This document shows positions 47,553 to 56,845 of a DNA stretch of 64,000 nt, piece after piece. Positions within the stretch are counted from its first letter, which is position 1; each line of letters begins with the position of its first letter. The notes under the pieces were generated by a model. It saw nothing but the letters and a program-made list of their open reading frames with translations, made no database searches and was not told the origin of the DNA. The stretch comes from a virus (lineage: Duplodnaviria > Caudoviricetes): IMG/VR virus record IMGVR_UViG_3300025401_000012. One strand, given 5' to 3'. Position numbers and translations under genes: made by a program.

Positions 47553-48188
47553 TTAGCCTCTTTTAACGGCGGGCCCACCAAATAAGCTGGTACCTTTAAT
47601 ATCTAAACCGTTTTTGGCTGTTCCATCTGAGTTTTTAGGTTGGTTAACTTTGGGTTGCGGCGGTGCTTTAGTACCTGACCCAGTTGCTACACTACCTGTA
47701 TAACTTTTTTTACCACGTGCCTTACCAGGACTAATGTGTGGATTTACTACTGTTCCAATATTAGCAGCACTAGTAGCACCTACTGTAGCCGATTCTGTTA
47801 CACCATGTTTTTTAGCGGCAGCAATACGTGCATGAAGATGATGCAATCCATGTTCCATACTTCGCGCTTCGCGTTCAGCACTAGTAAGATTTTGTTCGCG
47901 GTCTGCGTATTGCCAACCATTGCCGCCTAATGATTTATATTTTGCTAGCATTCTAGCATATTCGGCTTCTAGTTCTGGAAGATTAGCATGATCTTTTGCT
48001 GTAGCATCTTGGGCACGTTGATGTGTAGCCTGACGGTCTGCATCACGTTTTTCTTGATCTTGACGACGTAATTCATCATGTTCCGGATCGCCGTGTACAC
48101 GTAAGTTTTTAAATTTAGGATTATTCTTTTGTAAATCTTTAAAAAATGACATCATATCATTTTCGTTCATTAGCTCTCGCATTTTCAT
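47553..48188 (-). CDS. Putative internal head protein
   Basis: MKMRELMNE N-terminus; internal VTE|S site. Confidence 0.55.
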   Translation of the reverse strand: MKMRELMNENDMMSFFKDLQKNNPKFKNLRVHGDPEHDELRRQDQEKRDADRQATHQRAQDATAKDHANLPELEAEYARMLAKYKSLGGNGWQYADREQNLTSAEREARSMEHGLHHLHARIAAAKKHGVTESATVGATSAANIGTVVNPHISPGKARGKKSYTGSVATGSGTKAPPQPKVNQPKNSDGTAKNGLDIKGTSLFGGPAVKRG

Positions 48189-48415
48189 TTCTTAATTCCT
48201 CTGTATCCAGTGCCGACAGCACGTTCGCCATTCATAAACTTAGGTAAACTAAACCACAACTTGAACCATTCTTCAGTTCCCGGTTGTATATTTTGTTCAC
48301 GCATGATTTTTGCTTTTTCTGTACCAGTTATACTGATATTACTTCCGCCGTAAGGTTGCAGGCCTTTAAATTCATTAACGCCAGCTAACTTCTTAAGACG
48401 TGCTAATTCATCCAT
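48185..48415 (-). CDS. Putative internal head protein
   Basis: MDELARLKKLAGVNE N-terminus. Confidence 0.55.
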   Translation of the reverse strand: MDELARLKKLAGVNEFKGLQPYGGSNISITGTEKAKIMREQNIQPGTEEWFKLWFSLPKFMNGERAVGTGYRGIKK

Positions 48416-48789
48416 TATACACCGTACTTGTTCTTTTTAGTTTTAGCCACAGGACTTGCGGTATGGGTGTCATCGGGTTCACGGCTAGGTGTACGCGGGC
48501 GTACTTGATGATATTCTGTAGGAATAGCACTATGCACTTGTTGAATCATTTCGTGCTCTTTATCTGTATATGGATGTAAAGTCCACATAGTCCCCATCCA
48601 GCTTTCGTGATCGAGGTCTAATTTTTCTTTACTACCATCAGCCATAGCTAGTGCCATGCCAGTTCTTAATTGATGATAGCTAGGAAACCAACCTCCGGGA
48701 TCACGTTGACGACTAAACCCCTGATGAACAGCATCGTGATGTTCGTGTGGTTTGCCAGATCGCTCAACAATAAATTCTTTAGCTCTCAT
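48415..48789 (-). CDS. Putative internal head protein, paralogue of the C-terminal domain of the upstream gene
   Basis: MRAKEFIVE N-terminus; ends SPVAKTKKNKYGV. Confidence 0.6.
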   Translation of the reverse strand: MRAKEFIVERSGKPHEHHDAVHQGFSRQRDPGGWFPSYHQLRTGMALAMADGSKEKLDLDHESWMGTMWTLHPYTDKEHEMIQQVHSAIPTEYHQVRPRTPSREPDDTHTASPVAKTKKNKYGV

Positions 48790-50063
48790 TATATTCCGTA
48801 TTTGTTCTTTTTAGGTTTAGCTACAGGGCTAGTAACATTACCGCCGTCTGCTTCATTACTAACGCTATCGCTTATATGTGTAATAGCTCCTGCCCCCATT
48901 GTTTTAGCAGCGTCTTTTACCTTTTGCATTTCTGCATCAGTGTATGCTGTAATTAATGGATCACCGCTCATAGCACCTGCGCGAGGCATGTCTGGATTAG
49001 CCATAGCAAGACCAAATCTATATTGCATGTATGGACTACCGTTGGCTTTGTTCATGCTGATGTTAGGAATACTCATGGCATTTTTTAATGCTTGAATATG
49101 TACATGGTGTAATTCTTCCGAACCTCTGCCAGCATATGGTACATCGCCTTCTGCTAGTTTTTTACGCATAAATTCTTGTGCTCTCATTTCTCGTATTACC
49201 TTATTAGCATATTTAACTGAATTTTCAGAAGTCTTAGTATATACTTGTTTAACTTGTTTAGAGCCTTCACCTCTTTCAATTTTTTCAGGATCTTTAGCTT
49301 TTTCTTTTTCAAAATACTTACGCATTTCTTCAGTACTTGCTGAAGATTTTTTAACAACAGGTTTATTAGATTTTGCTAAAAATCCCATCAGGCTTTCATC
49401 AGCTACTTTTTCTTTTTTAGGCTTTTTACCAAAAGTAGGATCAGCCATGCGCACTCCTGCTTTGTGCATTAAGTCTCTAACCTCATTATCATCGAGTTCA
49501 GGACTCATAGCATCACGCCACGCACTGAATTTTTCATCATCTGTTGCGTTAGGATTTTTAAGAATATCACGCATTGGTGTAGCACGTGGGCCTTCTTCTT
49601 CTCTACTAGGATCGTTAGTTTCCTGACGACTAATAACGTTTAAATTATCAAAATTAAATGGAATATTTCCTTGTTTATCGGGCACACCATTATATTGTTT
49701 AACATAACTTAAACTATTAACTTGATCGGCACCGACAACAACAGTACAATCACTATAGCCCATTTCATTTAACTTACGCAGTACACGAGTTAAATCAGGC
49801 ATTTCTTCTGTTGCTGTATGAAATATGTGTCCGTGTTTAGGAAACACTTTTTTGTATATATGCAACTTTTCTTCTGGAGTTATTGGATCATCTTTTCCTA
49901 CGGTACGACTAACAACAAAATAAGGATCTGCGCCCGATTCATTAGCTTGCGTAATAACACTGCTAGCTAGGTACATATGGCCTTTATGACCCATACCGCG
50001 CCCCCATCCTACTACGCAGGATTTGCCTTCTCCGGTGCGATTAAGAAATTCACGTAACAGCAT
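48789..50063 (-). CDS. HxGH (cytidylyl/NMN-adenylyltransferase-like) nucleotidyltransferase with fused C-terminal module
   Basis: Start MLLREFLN at 50063; VVGWGRGMGHKGH, VVGADQV, RATPMR; ends SPVAKPKKNKYGI. Confidence 0.75.
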   Translation of the reverse strand: MLLREFLNRTGEGKSCVVGWGRGMGHKGHMYLASSVITQANESGADPYFVVSRTVGKDDPITPEEKLHIYKKVFPKHGHIFHTATEEMPDLTRVLRKLNEMGYSDCTVVVGADQVNSLSYVKQYNGVPDKQGNIPFNFDNLNVISRQETNDPSREEEGPRATPMRDILKNPNATDDEKFSAWRDAMSPELDDNEVRDLMHKAGVRMADPTFGKKPKKEKVADESLMGFLAKSNKPVVKKSSASTEEMRKYFEKEKAKDPEKIERGEGSKQVKQVYTKTSENSVKYANKVIREMRAQEFMRKKLAEGDVPYAGRGSEELHHVHIQALKNAMSIPNISMNKANGSPYMQYRFGLAMANPDMPRAGAMSGDPLITAYTDAEMQKVKDAAKTMGAGAITHISDSVSNEADGGNVTSPVAKPKKNKYGI

Positions 50064-51915
50064 TGTCTTTCCTTGGCGCCCAATTAGCTTGATCGATTGT
50101 TTTGACAAACTGTCCTGGCAAATCGTGTTTAAATTTACCTCCAGGATGTGCTTGTACATATCCCTCTGGTTTAGTTTGTCGTATCCCACCATGTGTTCCG
50201 GAACTTAATGAATTAATAACTTTCATTTTTTCGTGTGTTAGTAATTCTACAGCACTTAATACTGCATCTAATCCTGGATGTGTTAATACTTTTTCAGCTT
50301 GGCTGTTGCTTAACTTAGTTTGCGCCCATTGAGCAAATTGTTGTTTAACTCCAGCAACACGTAAATTTTGATTATAGAATGAATACAACACATCACCTGG
50401 TTTACTTAAACCTGGCTGCCCAGCAATAAAACTATCAATTAACGATTTATTTTTCTTAATATAATCTTCTGCATGTTTTAATCCAGTATCATCTACTTTA
50501 GGTGGATGTTCGACATACGTTGTACCTTGCACAATAACATCTGGTGTTGATAGTTTTTCTGCATCAGGATACCGTGTTTCATCTGACCCGATATGTGTGT
50601 AATAACCGGTTGCAGCTACCATAACTTTAGCGTTGGCAATACGTTTGCCTAATGCACTGCCTACTGGAATATGAAAACTAGTAATGTTAGGTCTAAAATC
50701 ATATTCGTTAGTCGATTGATTTAGTTGTGCTGGTTGTAACGGACTAAACAATATTCCGCCTTCGATGTATCCTTTTTTAGGACTGATCTTTTCAAAGTAC
50801 GGCCATAGATCTGCAAGGCCTTGCGCAAATGCACGACGTTGTTCTTCTTGTCCAGGTTGTGTGTTACCTGTACCTAGTACAAACATGGCAACGTCATCTG
50901 GATCATTCATCATAGTAGTTACACCACTCTTGGTATGGGTAGTACCACGCTTCATATAATCCCAAGCGTTCTTGGGGAACATATGGAACTTGCCGTCTTC
51001 ATCCCTGCCCCAATAAATGACAGGACTACCATCCCACTTTAATTCTATTGTGCCACCTTTGCTAGTCATATGACGCAGACGTTCAACCGCATGTAATCCA
51101 CCAGTACTACCATTTGTAAATACTAGATCTTCAATGTGCTGATACTTCCGACCTACAGCAGGAGCTGCTGCTTCATTAATTTGTTTAGGACTAACAGCTT
51201 GCCAACTTGCTCCACTGCTTGCAGATTGAAATATTTCATTTCTGCGAGTTTCATCGGGGATTGCGTTCATAATACTTTCAACACTACCCAAATCTTTAGC
51301 ATTTGCATGTGGCCCAATTAAACGTTTAGCAATTTCATCTAAATCGTCACTAATAAATTCTGATTTCTTCCCCATAGCATCTCGGGCATAAAGTCCTTCG
51401 TCCGGAGACCATAACATACCTTGACTACTTGCTAGTGCGTTCATCATCATTTGTTTGTGAACGCCTTTATAAGGACTGCCTTGTGGAATGGAATGATGGT
51501 GAAATTTATGAACCCTTTCGGCATTACCAACAGCTTTAATATCGACTTGATAGAATTTACCTTTATATGGTAAAAGAATATGTACAGTTACTCCGGTTTT
51601 TTTAGTTTGTAAACCTTTGCCTTGCAAATAGTGTTCTAATTCAGCTCTAGTAGTTTTACCATCTTTAGTGCCAAACTGTTTCATCAGTTGACCTAAGTCA
51701 ACCATAACATCTAAATCGCCGCTCATTTTACCAGGAGTCGGTGTCGCTGCGCTTCCAATTAAGTGTACGCTACTTTGTATTCCGTGCAAATATTTGTTTG
51801 TTTCTTGGGCAAGATGCGCAGCAATTGCTTGATCGAATTCTTCGGATTCCGGCCAAATATTTCCACCTTCTAGAATAGGTTTCCTAACATCGAGGAACAA
51901 TTCACGTAATAACAT
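50050..51915 (-). CDS. Pol-beta-type nucleotidyltransferase fused to an ATP-dependent RNA-ligase-like domain
   Basis: N-terminal IGS...GDLD...QVD. C-terminal motifs I (KWDG), III (YIEGGILF), IV (EGYV) and V (FVK). The domains are joined by an INE|A site. Confidence 0.7.
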   Translation of the reverse strand: MLLRELFLDVRKPILEGGNIWPESEEFDQAIAAHLAQETNKYLHGIQSSVHLIGSAATPTPGKMSGDLDVMVDLGQLMKQFGTKDGKTTRAELEHYLQGKGLQTKKTGVTVHILLPYKGKFYQVDIKAVGNAERVHKFHHHSIPQGSPYKGVHKQMMMNALASSQGMLWSPDEGLYARDAMGKKSEFISDDLDEIAKRLIGPHANAKDLGSVESIMNAIPDETRRNEIFQSASSGASWQAVSPKQINEAAAPAVGRKYQHIEDLVFTNGSTGGLHAVERLRHMTSKGGTIELKWDGSPVIYWGRDEDGKFHMFPKNAWDYMKRGTTHTKSGVTTMMNDPDDVAMFVLGTGNTQPGQEEQRRAFAQGLADLWPYFEKISPKKGYIEGGILFSPLQPAQLNQSTNEYDFRPNITSFHIPVGSALGKRIANAKVMVAATGYYTHIGSDETRYPDAEKLSTPDVIVQGTTYVEHPPKVDDTGLKHAEDYIKKNKSLIDSFIAGQPGLSKPGDVLYSFYNQNLRVAGVKQQFAQWAQTKLSNSQAEKVLTHPGLDAVLSAVELLTHEKMKVINSLSSGTHGGIRQTKPEGYVQAHPGGKFKHDLPGQFVKTIDQANWAPRKDNAVT

Positions 51916-51917
51916 TA

Positions 51918-52289
51918 TTAATCCTTGTACTTGCCAGTTTGTATGTGTTCACGTGTTTCTTCGTGTAGTTTTTTACATGCATCTTCACATGTTTTATCTT
52001 CTAAAATATCGGGCAATTCACGGATAGGAAATTTTTTCTTATATAATTTATAACATTCGTGCATTGTTTCTGCAAACATTTTAGCATCTGTAGGTTTTTT
52101 ATCTTTAATACGATCTATGCACTTCATTAAAACAGGAAACACATAACGACGATAAACATGGTCATCATTGTGCATAAAATGCAATAGATCTTCTACTAGA
52201 TCGTAGTCGATTTCACGCTTGTCACCTTGTTTTTTAACAAAATCTAACTCTTTAAAGTGAGCGTTTTCTAATAACTCTTGTATACGCAT
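51918..52289 (-). CDS. Putative internal head protein
   Basis: MRIQELLE N-terminus; TAAATA at 52336. Confidence 0.55.
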   Translation of the reverse strand: MRIQELLENAHFKELDFVKKQGDKREIDYDLVEDLLHFMHNDDHVYRRYVFPVLMKCIDRIKDKKPTDAKMFAETMHECYKLYKKKFPIRELPDILEDKTCEDACKKLHEETREHIQTGKYKD

Positions 52290-52361
52290 ATTGGCCTCAG
52301 TTTTACATACCCAATAGAATGCTATGGATTTAGAGTATTTATCGCTTTTAGGATCAACGGG

Positions 52362-52976
52362 CTAGGCTTTAAGTATGCGTTCAATCTTGCTTATACTACT
52401 ACCCAAGTGCATTTTTGCCAATAATAAGTTGTTATCGCCTGTAATATAAAAGTGTGTACCACCCCAACTGCGCGGCTTTTGTAAATCTCTGATACAACTT
52501 TTAGTTAGCTTGCATTTTGTACTTTTATCAGCCCATTCGATAAATGCAGGGTTAGGTTGTGTAGTCTTACCCAATGTAACTCTAAAATCATAATTTATTT
52601 TAGGCATTATGATTGTATCGGATGTTAAATTATTACCTGCTGGTTCGCAAATATACTTTACCCTGCTGGCATCTAATTTAGCTAGTTTTTCTACGTCTTT
52701 TTTATTGTTAGAATACACACTTATCCACGGACTTTCTACTCGCAAATCTATATCTGCCATTTTAGATAATTCGCTAGCTAATGAAATAGCATATATTTTA
52801 TCGGCTAACGTCTTAATAGAGCTAGATCGGTGAGGGATTGTGTTAGATGAATTTAATTCATCTATAATAGCACTAAATTCTTTATTTCGAAAGAACCCTG
52901 AACCACTGCATACCAGTACAATTTTGTACTGGTATACTCCTCTAAACAATTTTGTAGTAAGTTTTTTACGTAACAT
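52362..52976 (-). CDS. Hypothetical protein
   Basis: Overlaps the clpA 3' end. Confidence 0.55.
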   Translation of the reverse strand: MLRKKLTTKLFRGVYQYKIVLVCSGSGFFRNKEFSAIIDELNSSNTIPHRSSSIKTLADKIYAISLASELSKMADIDLRVESPWISVYSNNKKDVEKLAKLDASRVKYICEPAGNNLTSDTIIMPKINYDFRVTLGKTTQPNPAFIEWADKSTKCKLTKSCIRDLQKPRSWGGTHFYITGDNNLLLAKMHLGSSISKIERILKA

Positions 52977-55245
52977 TTAAATCTACTAATGATGGTGCAT
53001 TATCTACAGTTAAAAGTTGTACTTTTGATTCCTTAGGAGTAGATACTAACAATAACTTATTGTCGGTTACAGTAATACTTAACAAACCGCCGTTCTTAAG
53101 TTCACCAAACAACATTAATTTAGCCAACGGACGTTTGATTTCTTTATCAATAACACGTTGTAACGGACGAGCACCCATTTTAGGATCAAATCCGTTAGTA
53201 ATAAGCCAGTTAGTACTTTCCTTATCTAGTTTAATCTTGATACCCTTTTCTTTAACTTGAGCACGAAGTTCGTCCATGAATTTAACAATAACTTTAGTCA
53301 TTGATTCTTTGCCCAATCTGTTAAATGTCATGATACCGTCTAAACGATTACGGAATTCTGGTGTAAAGAATTTCTTTAAATCTTTATCACTGTATTCTCT
53401 ATCCTGTGTACCAAACCCAATTGTATTCTTTTCAGCATCTTGTGCACCAGCGTTGGTAGTAAGAATAAGAATTAAGTTACGGCAATCTGCTCGTTTACCG
53501 TTTGAACCAGTAATAAAACCATTATCCATCATTTGTAATAATACTGTTGTAACATCTGGGTGAGATTTTTCAACTTCATCAAACAACAGAACAGCATTTG
53601 GATTTTCTTGTATTTGTGTAATTAGTAATCCGGCATTTTCTTCAAATCCAACATAACCCGGAGGGCTACCGATTAGCTTAGAGATGCTATGCTTCTCTTG
53701 GTATTCTGACATATCAAACCGTAATAGTTTAACACCTAGATGCTTGGCAAGCGACTTGGCAGTTTCAGTCTTACCGCAACCGGTTGGCCCCATGAACACA
53801 AACGATCCAATTGGTTTATTTTCTGATTTTAATCCTGCTTGTGCAACCATAATTTTATCTACAACTTCTGTAATAGCAAGATTTTGCCCGTACACTTCTG
53901 CTTGTAAATTAGTTTCTAAAGTAGCAAGATTGCTAGATTCAGTTTCCATAATTTTTTCTTCAGGCATTTGAATCATTTTAGCAAGCTCAAATTGAATCTC
54001 GTGCTCACCGATTACACGTTCTTCTGCAATTTTAAGATTAAAACGCGAGCATGCTACATCAATTAAATCAATAGCTTTGTCTGGAAGTTTTTTATCTGTT
54101 TGATATTTGACAGATAATTTAACAGCTGCCTGCAATGCATCATTACGAATTTTAACATTGTGGAATGTTTCGTAATACTTTTTAATACCCTGTAATATGC
54201 TTAAAGTCATTTCTTGTGTAGGTTCATCGACTGTTATGCGTTGGAAACGACGCATTAATGCACGATCCTTTTCAAAATGCTTACGATATTCTTCCCATGT
54301 TGTGCTAGCAATGACTTTAATATTGCCTTTACTTAGTGCAGGCTTCATCATATTAGCAAGATCGTTAGAACTATTTCCGGCACTGCCTGCACCAGAGATC
54401 ATGTGTGCCTCGTCAATGAATAATACAGTCTTACCTTTCTTTTGTAGAGCTTTGATAACATGTTTAAAACGTTCTTCAAAGTCTCCGCGATATTTAGATC
54501 CAGCTAACATAGCTGAAATATCTAAACTATATACTTTGTAATCTTTTAGGAAATCAGGAACATGCCCTTTGACAATATTATAAGCAAGTCCTTCTGCTAT
54601 AGCAGTTTTTCCTACGCCAGGATCGCCTACTAAGATTACATTGTTTTTGCTACGACGACCTAATGCTAACGCAATGTTTTCTAATTCATCAATACGCCCG
54701 ATAACCGGATCAACTTTTTGTTTTTCTACTAGATCATTTAAGTTACTAGTAAATGCTTTCAACGCTCGATCACTTTGTGAATCTTGTGGACCTTCTTCAT
54801 CTTCGGAAGTATCATTTACATTGTTTAGGTAATCTGCAAACTTATCTTTATCTATTTTGGCTTTATTAATATAGTAATAAGACCAGCTACGTTTTTCACC
54901 GATCATTGCTAAAAATACATCGGTAGGTTCGATTTTCTGTCTGCCATTAAACAGTACTTGTGTAAATGCACGATTAAGCACACGTTCAACACTTTGTGTT
55001 TTTTTAGGTTTAACAACAACATCTTCAATAGTAATTTCTTGGCACTTGTGGTGTAGATAATTGGCCAAATCATCTTTTAATTCTGCAAGATTTGCACCGA
55101 ATCCTTCTATAGTATTACTAAAAGTTTCATCTGCTAACATAGAAAATAACAAATGTTCAATTGTTAGATATTCGTGATGTAATTTTTTAGCTGTATCTAT
55201 TGCACGTTCAAATACAGCTTGTAAGTTATCACTTGGTTCAACCAT
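52966..55245 (-). CDS. clpA: ClpA-type AAA+ unfoldase
   Basis: Clp N-domain HEYLTIEHLL, GDPGVGKT, FIDEAH, GPTGCGKT, LIGSPPGYVG, FDEVEK, IGF loop (TIGFG). No long M-domain. Confidence 0.92.
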   Translation of the reverse strand: MVEPSDNLQAVFERAIDTAKKLHHEYLTIEHLLFSMLADETFSNTIEGFGANLAELKDDLANYLHHKCQEITIEDVVVKPKKTQSVERVLNRAFTQVLFNGRQKIEPTDVFLAMIGEKRSWSYYYINKAKIDKDKFADYLNNVNDTSEDEEGPQDSQSDRALKAFTSNLNDLVEKQKVDPVIGRIDELENIALALGRRSKNNVILVGDPGVGKTAIAEGLAYNIVKGHVPDFLKDYKVYSLDISAMLAGSKYRGDFEERFKHVIKALQKKGKTVLFIDEAHMISGAGSAGNSSNDLANMMKPALSKGNIKVIASTTWEEYRKHFEKDRALMRRFQRITVDEPTQEMTLSILQGIKKYYETFHNVKIRNDALQAAVKLSVKYQTDKKLPDKAIDLIDVACSRFNLKIAEERVIGEHEIQFELAKMIQMPEEKIMETESSNLATLETNLQAEVYGQNLAITEVVDKIMVAQAGLKSENKPIGSFVFMGPTGCGKTETAKSLAKHLGVKLLRFDMSEYQEKHSISKLIGSPPGYVGFEENAGLLITQIQENPNAVLLFDEVEKSHPDVTTVLLQMMDNGFITGSNGKRADCRNLILILTTNAGAQDAEKNTIGFGTQDREYSDKDLKKFFTPEFRNRLDGIMTFNRLGKESMTKVIVKFMDELRAQVKEKGIKIKLDKESTNWLITNGFDPKMGARPLQRVIDKEIKRPLAKLMLFGELKNGGLLSITVTDNKLLLVSTPKESKVQLLTVDNAPSLVDLNVT

Positions 55246-55247
55246 TA

Positions 55248-55742
55248 TTATTTCTTCCTTTGTTGTTTTCTTAATTTTTTAATTGCCAATGCTAGCTTTA
55301 ATGGACTTAGTTTACTAGTAAAACAAATTCCATTTAAATGATCTAACTCATGTTGGAAACATCTAGCATCCCACCCGGTTAATTCTATTATACATTCTTT
55401 TCCATTTCTGTCAAAGTATTTGGCCGTTAATTGTTTGTATCTTTTTACTGATAACCATAGGTTGGGGAAACTTAAACAACCTTCATTACCATCGACTAAT
55501 TCGGTATCTGTTATTAGTATACTAGGATTAAACATACAAAATGGAACTTGATTATCCAATGCAATAGCAAAAACACGTTTAAGTATTCCCACTTGATTAG
55601 CCGCTAACCCGCGACCATTATTAGTAATCATGGCTTGTACCATATCGATTTCTAATTCTTTTGCATTTAGGTCTTTTTCAAAATTCCACTCTGCAGATTG
55701 TTGTTTTAAAACAGGGTCTGTATCTTTAACTAATTTGAGCAT
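55248..55742 (-). CDS. def: Peptide deformylase
   Basis: GLAANQVG, EGCLS, QHELDH. Confidence 0.95.
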   Translation of the reverse strand: MLKLVKDTDPVLKQQSAEWNFEKDLNAKELEIDMVQAMITNNGRGLAANQVGILKRVFAIALDNQVPFCMFNPSILITDTELVDGNEGCLSFPNLWLSVKRYKQLTAKYFDRNGKECIIELTGWDARCFQHELDHLNGICFTSKLSPLKLALAIKKLRKQQRKK

Positions 55743-56589
55743 TTAGTTCTTTTAATTTTGTTACTAACACAGGATCTGTGACTGCAGGAGTTTTAATTTT
55801 AATAACGCTTACAAATCTTCCTCTGTGTCCATTATTTACATTAGTAAATCCGTTTCCATTACTGGCAAATTCTACACCTGATTCTATACCAGGTCTAAGA
55901 TCCAAATCCATTGTATCGCCGGTAATTGTTCTGACTGTTTTTTTACAACCAATCATAGCTTCGATAGGAGTAATATTTACTGTAGCATATAAATCATCTC
56001 CACGTCTTTCAAAATTAGGATCTGACTGAACTATAATAGTTACATTGAGATTGCCACGTGGCGCATTTTGTACACTATCATCACCTAAGCCGTTATATCT
56101 AATAGTATCACCGTTGGCAATGCCAGCAGGCACATTAATTTTTACTGTTTGATTGCGTCCACTAGGTAATTGAAAATTAGCTTCTAATGATTTTCCAAGA
56201 TAAGAATCTATAAAACTTACAGTACATTGTATATTCAAATCTCTATTTCGACGCATATGACCACCGCGCATATGACCAAATATATCGCCAAACGGGCTAC
56301 CTTGCCCAAACGGATCAAATGCTCCGCCAAAAGGATTTCCTGTATTAAAGTGGAATTGAGTCCCACCAAATCCGCCACCAGGCATTCCGCCGTACATCCG
56401 TTGTTGATCGTATTCAGCTTTCTTCTGCGGATCGCTTAGATTTTCATATGCAACAGAAATATCTTTAAACTTGGCCTGATCACCGCCTTTGTCGGGATGA
56501 TGTTTATTAGCCAAGCTTCGGTACGCTTTTTTAATTTCATCTGGGCTAGCATTTTCGCTAACACCTAGTGTTTGGTAATAATCGCTCAT
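55726..56589 (-). CDS. dnaJ: DnaJ/CbpA-class J-domain chaperone without Zn finger
   Basis: DYYQTLGV...HHPDKGG J-domain, G/F-rich linker and C-terminal substrate-binding domain. Confidence 0.9.
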   Translation of the reverse strand: MSDYYQTLGVSENASPDEIKKAYRSLANKHHPDKGGDQAKFKDISVAYENLSDPQKKAEYDQQRMYGGMPGGGFGGTQFHFNTGNPFGGAFDPFGQGSPFGDIFGHMRGGHMRRNRDLNIQCTVSFIDSYLGKSLEANFQLPSGRNQTVKINVPAGIANGDTIRYNGLGDDSVQNAPRGNLNVTIIVQSDPNFERRGDDLYATVNITPIEAMIGCKKTVRTITGDTMDLDLRPGIESGVEFASNGNGFTNVNNGHRGRFVSVIKIKTPAVTDPVLVTKLKELNAQIS

Positions 56590-56601
56590 AGTCGTAAAAA
56601 A

Positions 56602-56649
56602 ACTCCAATTAATAATAGTAATTATACTATCTTAATTGGAGTATGTCAA
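56602..56649 (-). promoter_or_regulatory. Perfect sigma70 promoter (TTGACA-N17-TATAAT) embedded in a long hairpin that also covers the dnaJ RBS
   Basis: 11-bp inverted repeat at 56602-56612/56632-56642 plus an inner 6-bp repeat; -10 box in the loop; U-run follows. Confidence 0.8.
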
Positions 56650-56658
56650 ACTTTTGGC

Positions 56659-56835
56659 TTATTTTTTCTTAGCTGATGTATCTGGTTTTGTTCCAGCTAT
56701 TTCTGTACCTTCGGCTTTTTTGTGATGTTTAACTTCTTTTTTTGCAGGTGCTTTGGCAGGTGCTTTAGTTTTTTCTGCAGCCATTGCAGAACTAGCAAAC
56801 ACAGCTACGATAAGTAGTGCTAATAATTTTTTCAT
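56659..56835 (-). CDS. Small secreted Lys/Ala/His-rich protein (Asr-like)
   Basis: Signal peptide MKKLLALLIVAVFASSAMA, then AEKTKAPAKAPAKKEVKHHKK. Confidence 0.6.
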   Translation of the reverse strand: MKKLLALLIVAVFASSAMAAEKTKAPAKAPAKKEVKHHKKAEGTEIAGTKPDTSAKKK

Positions 56836-56845
56836 TTTATTTTCC

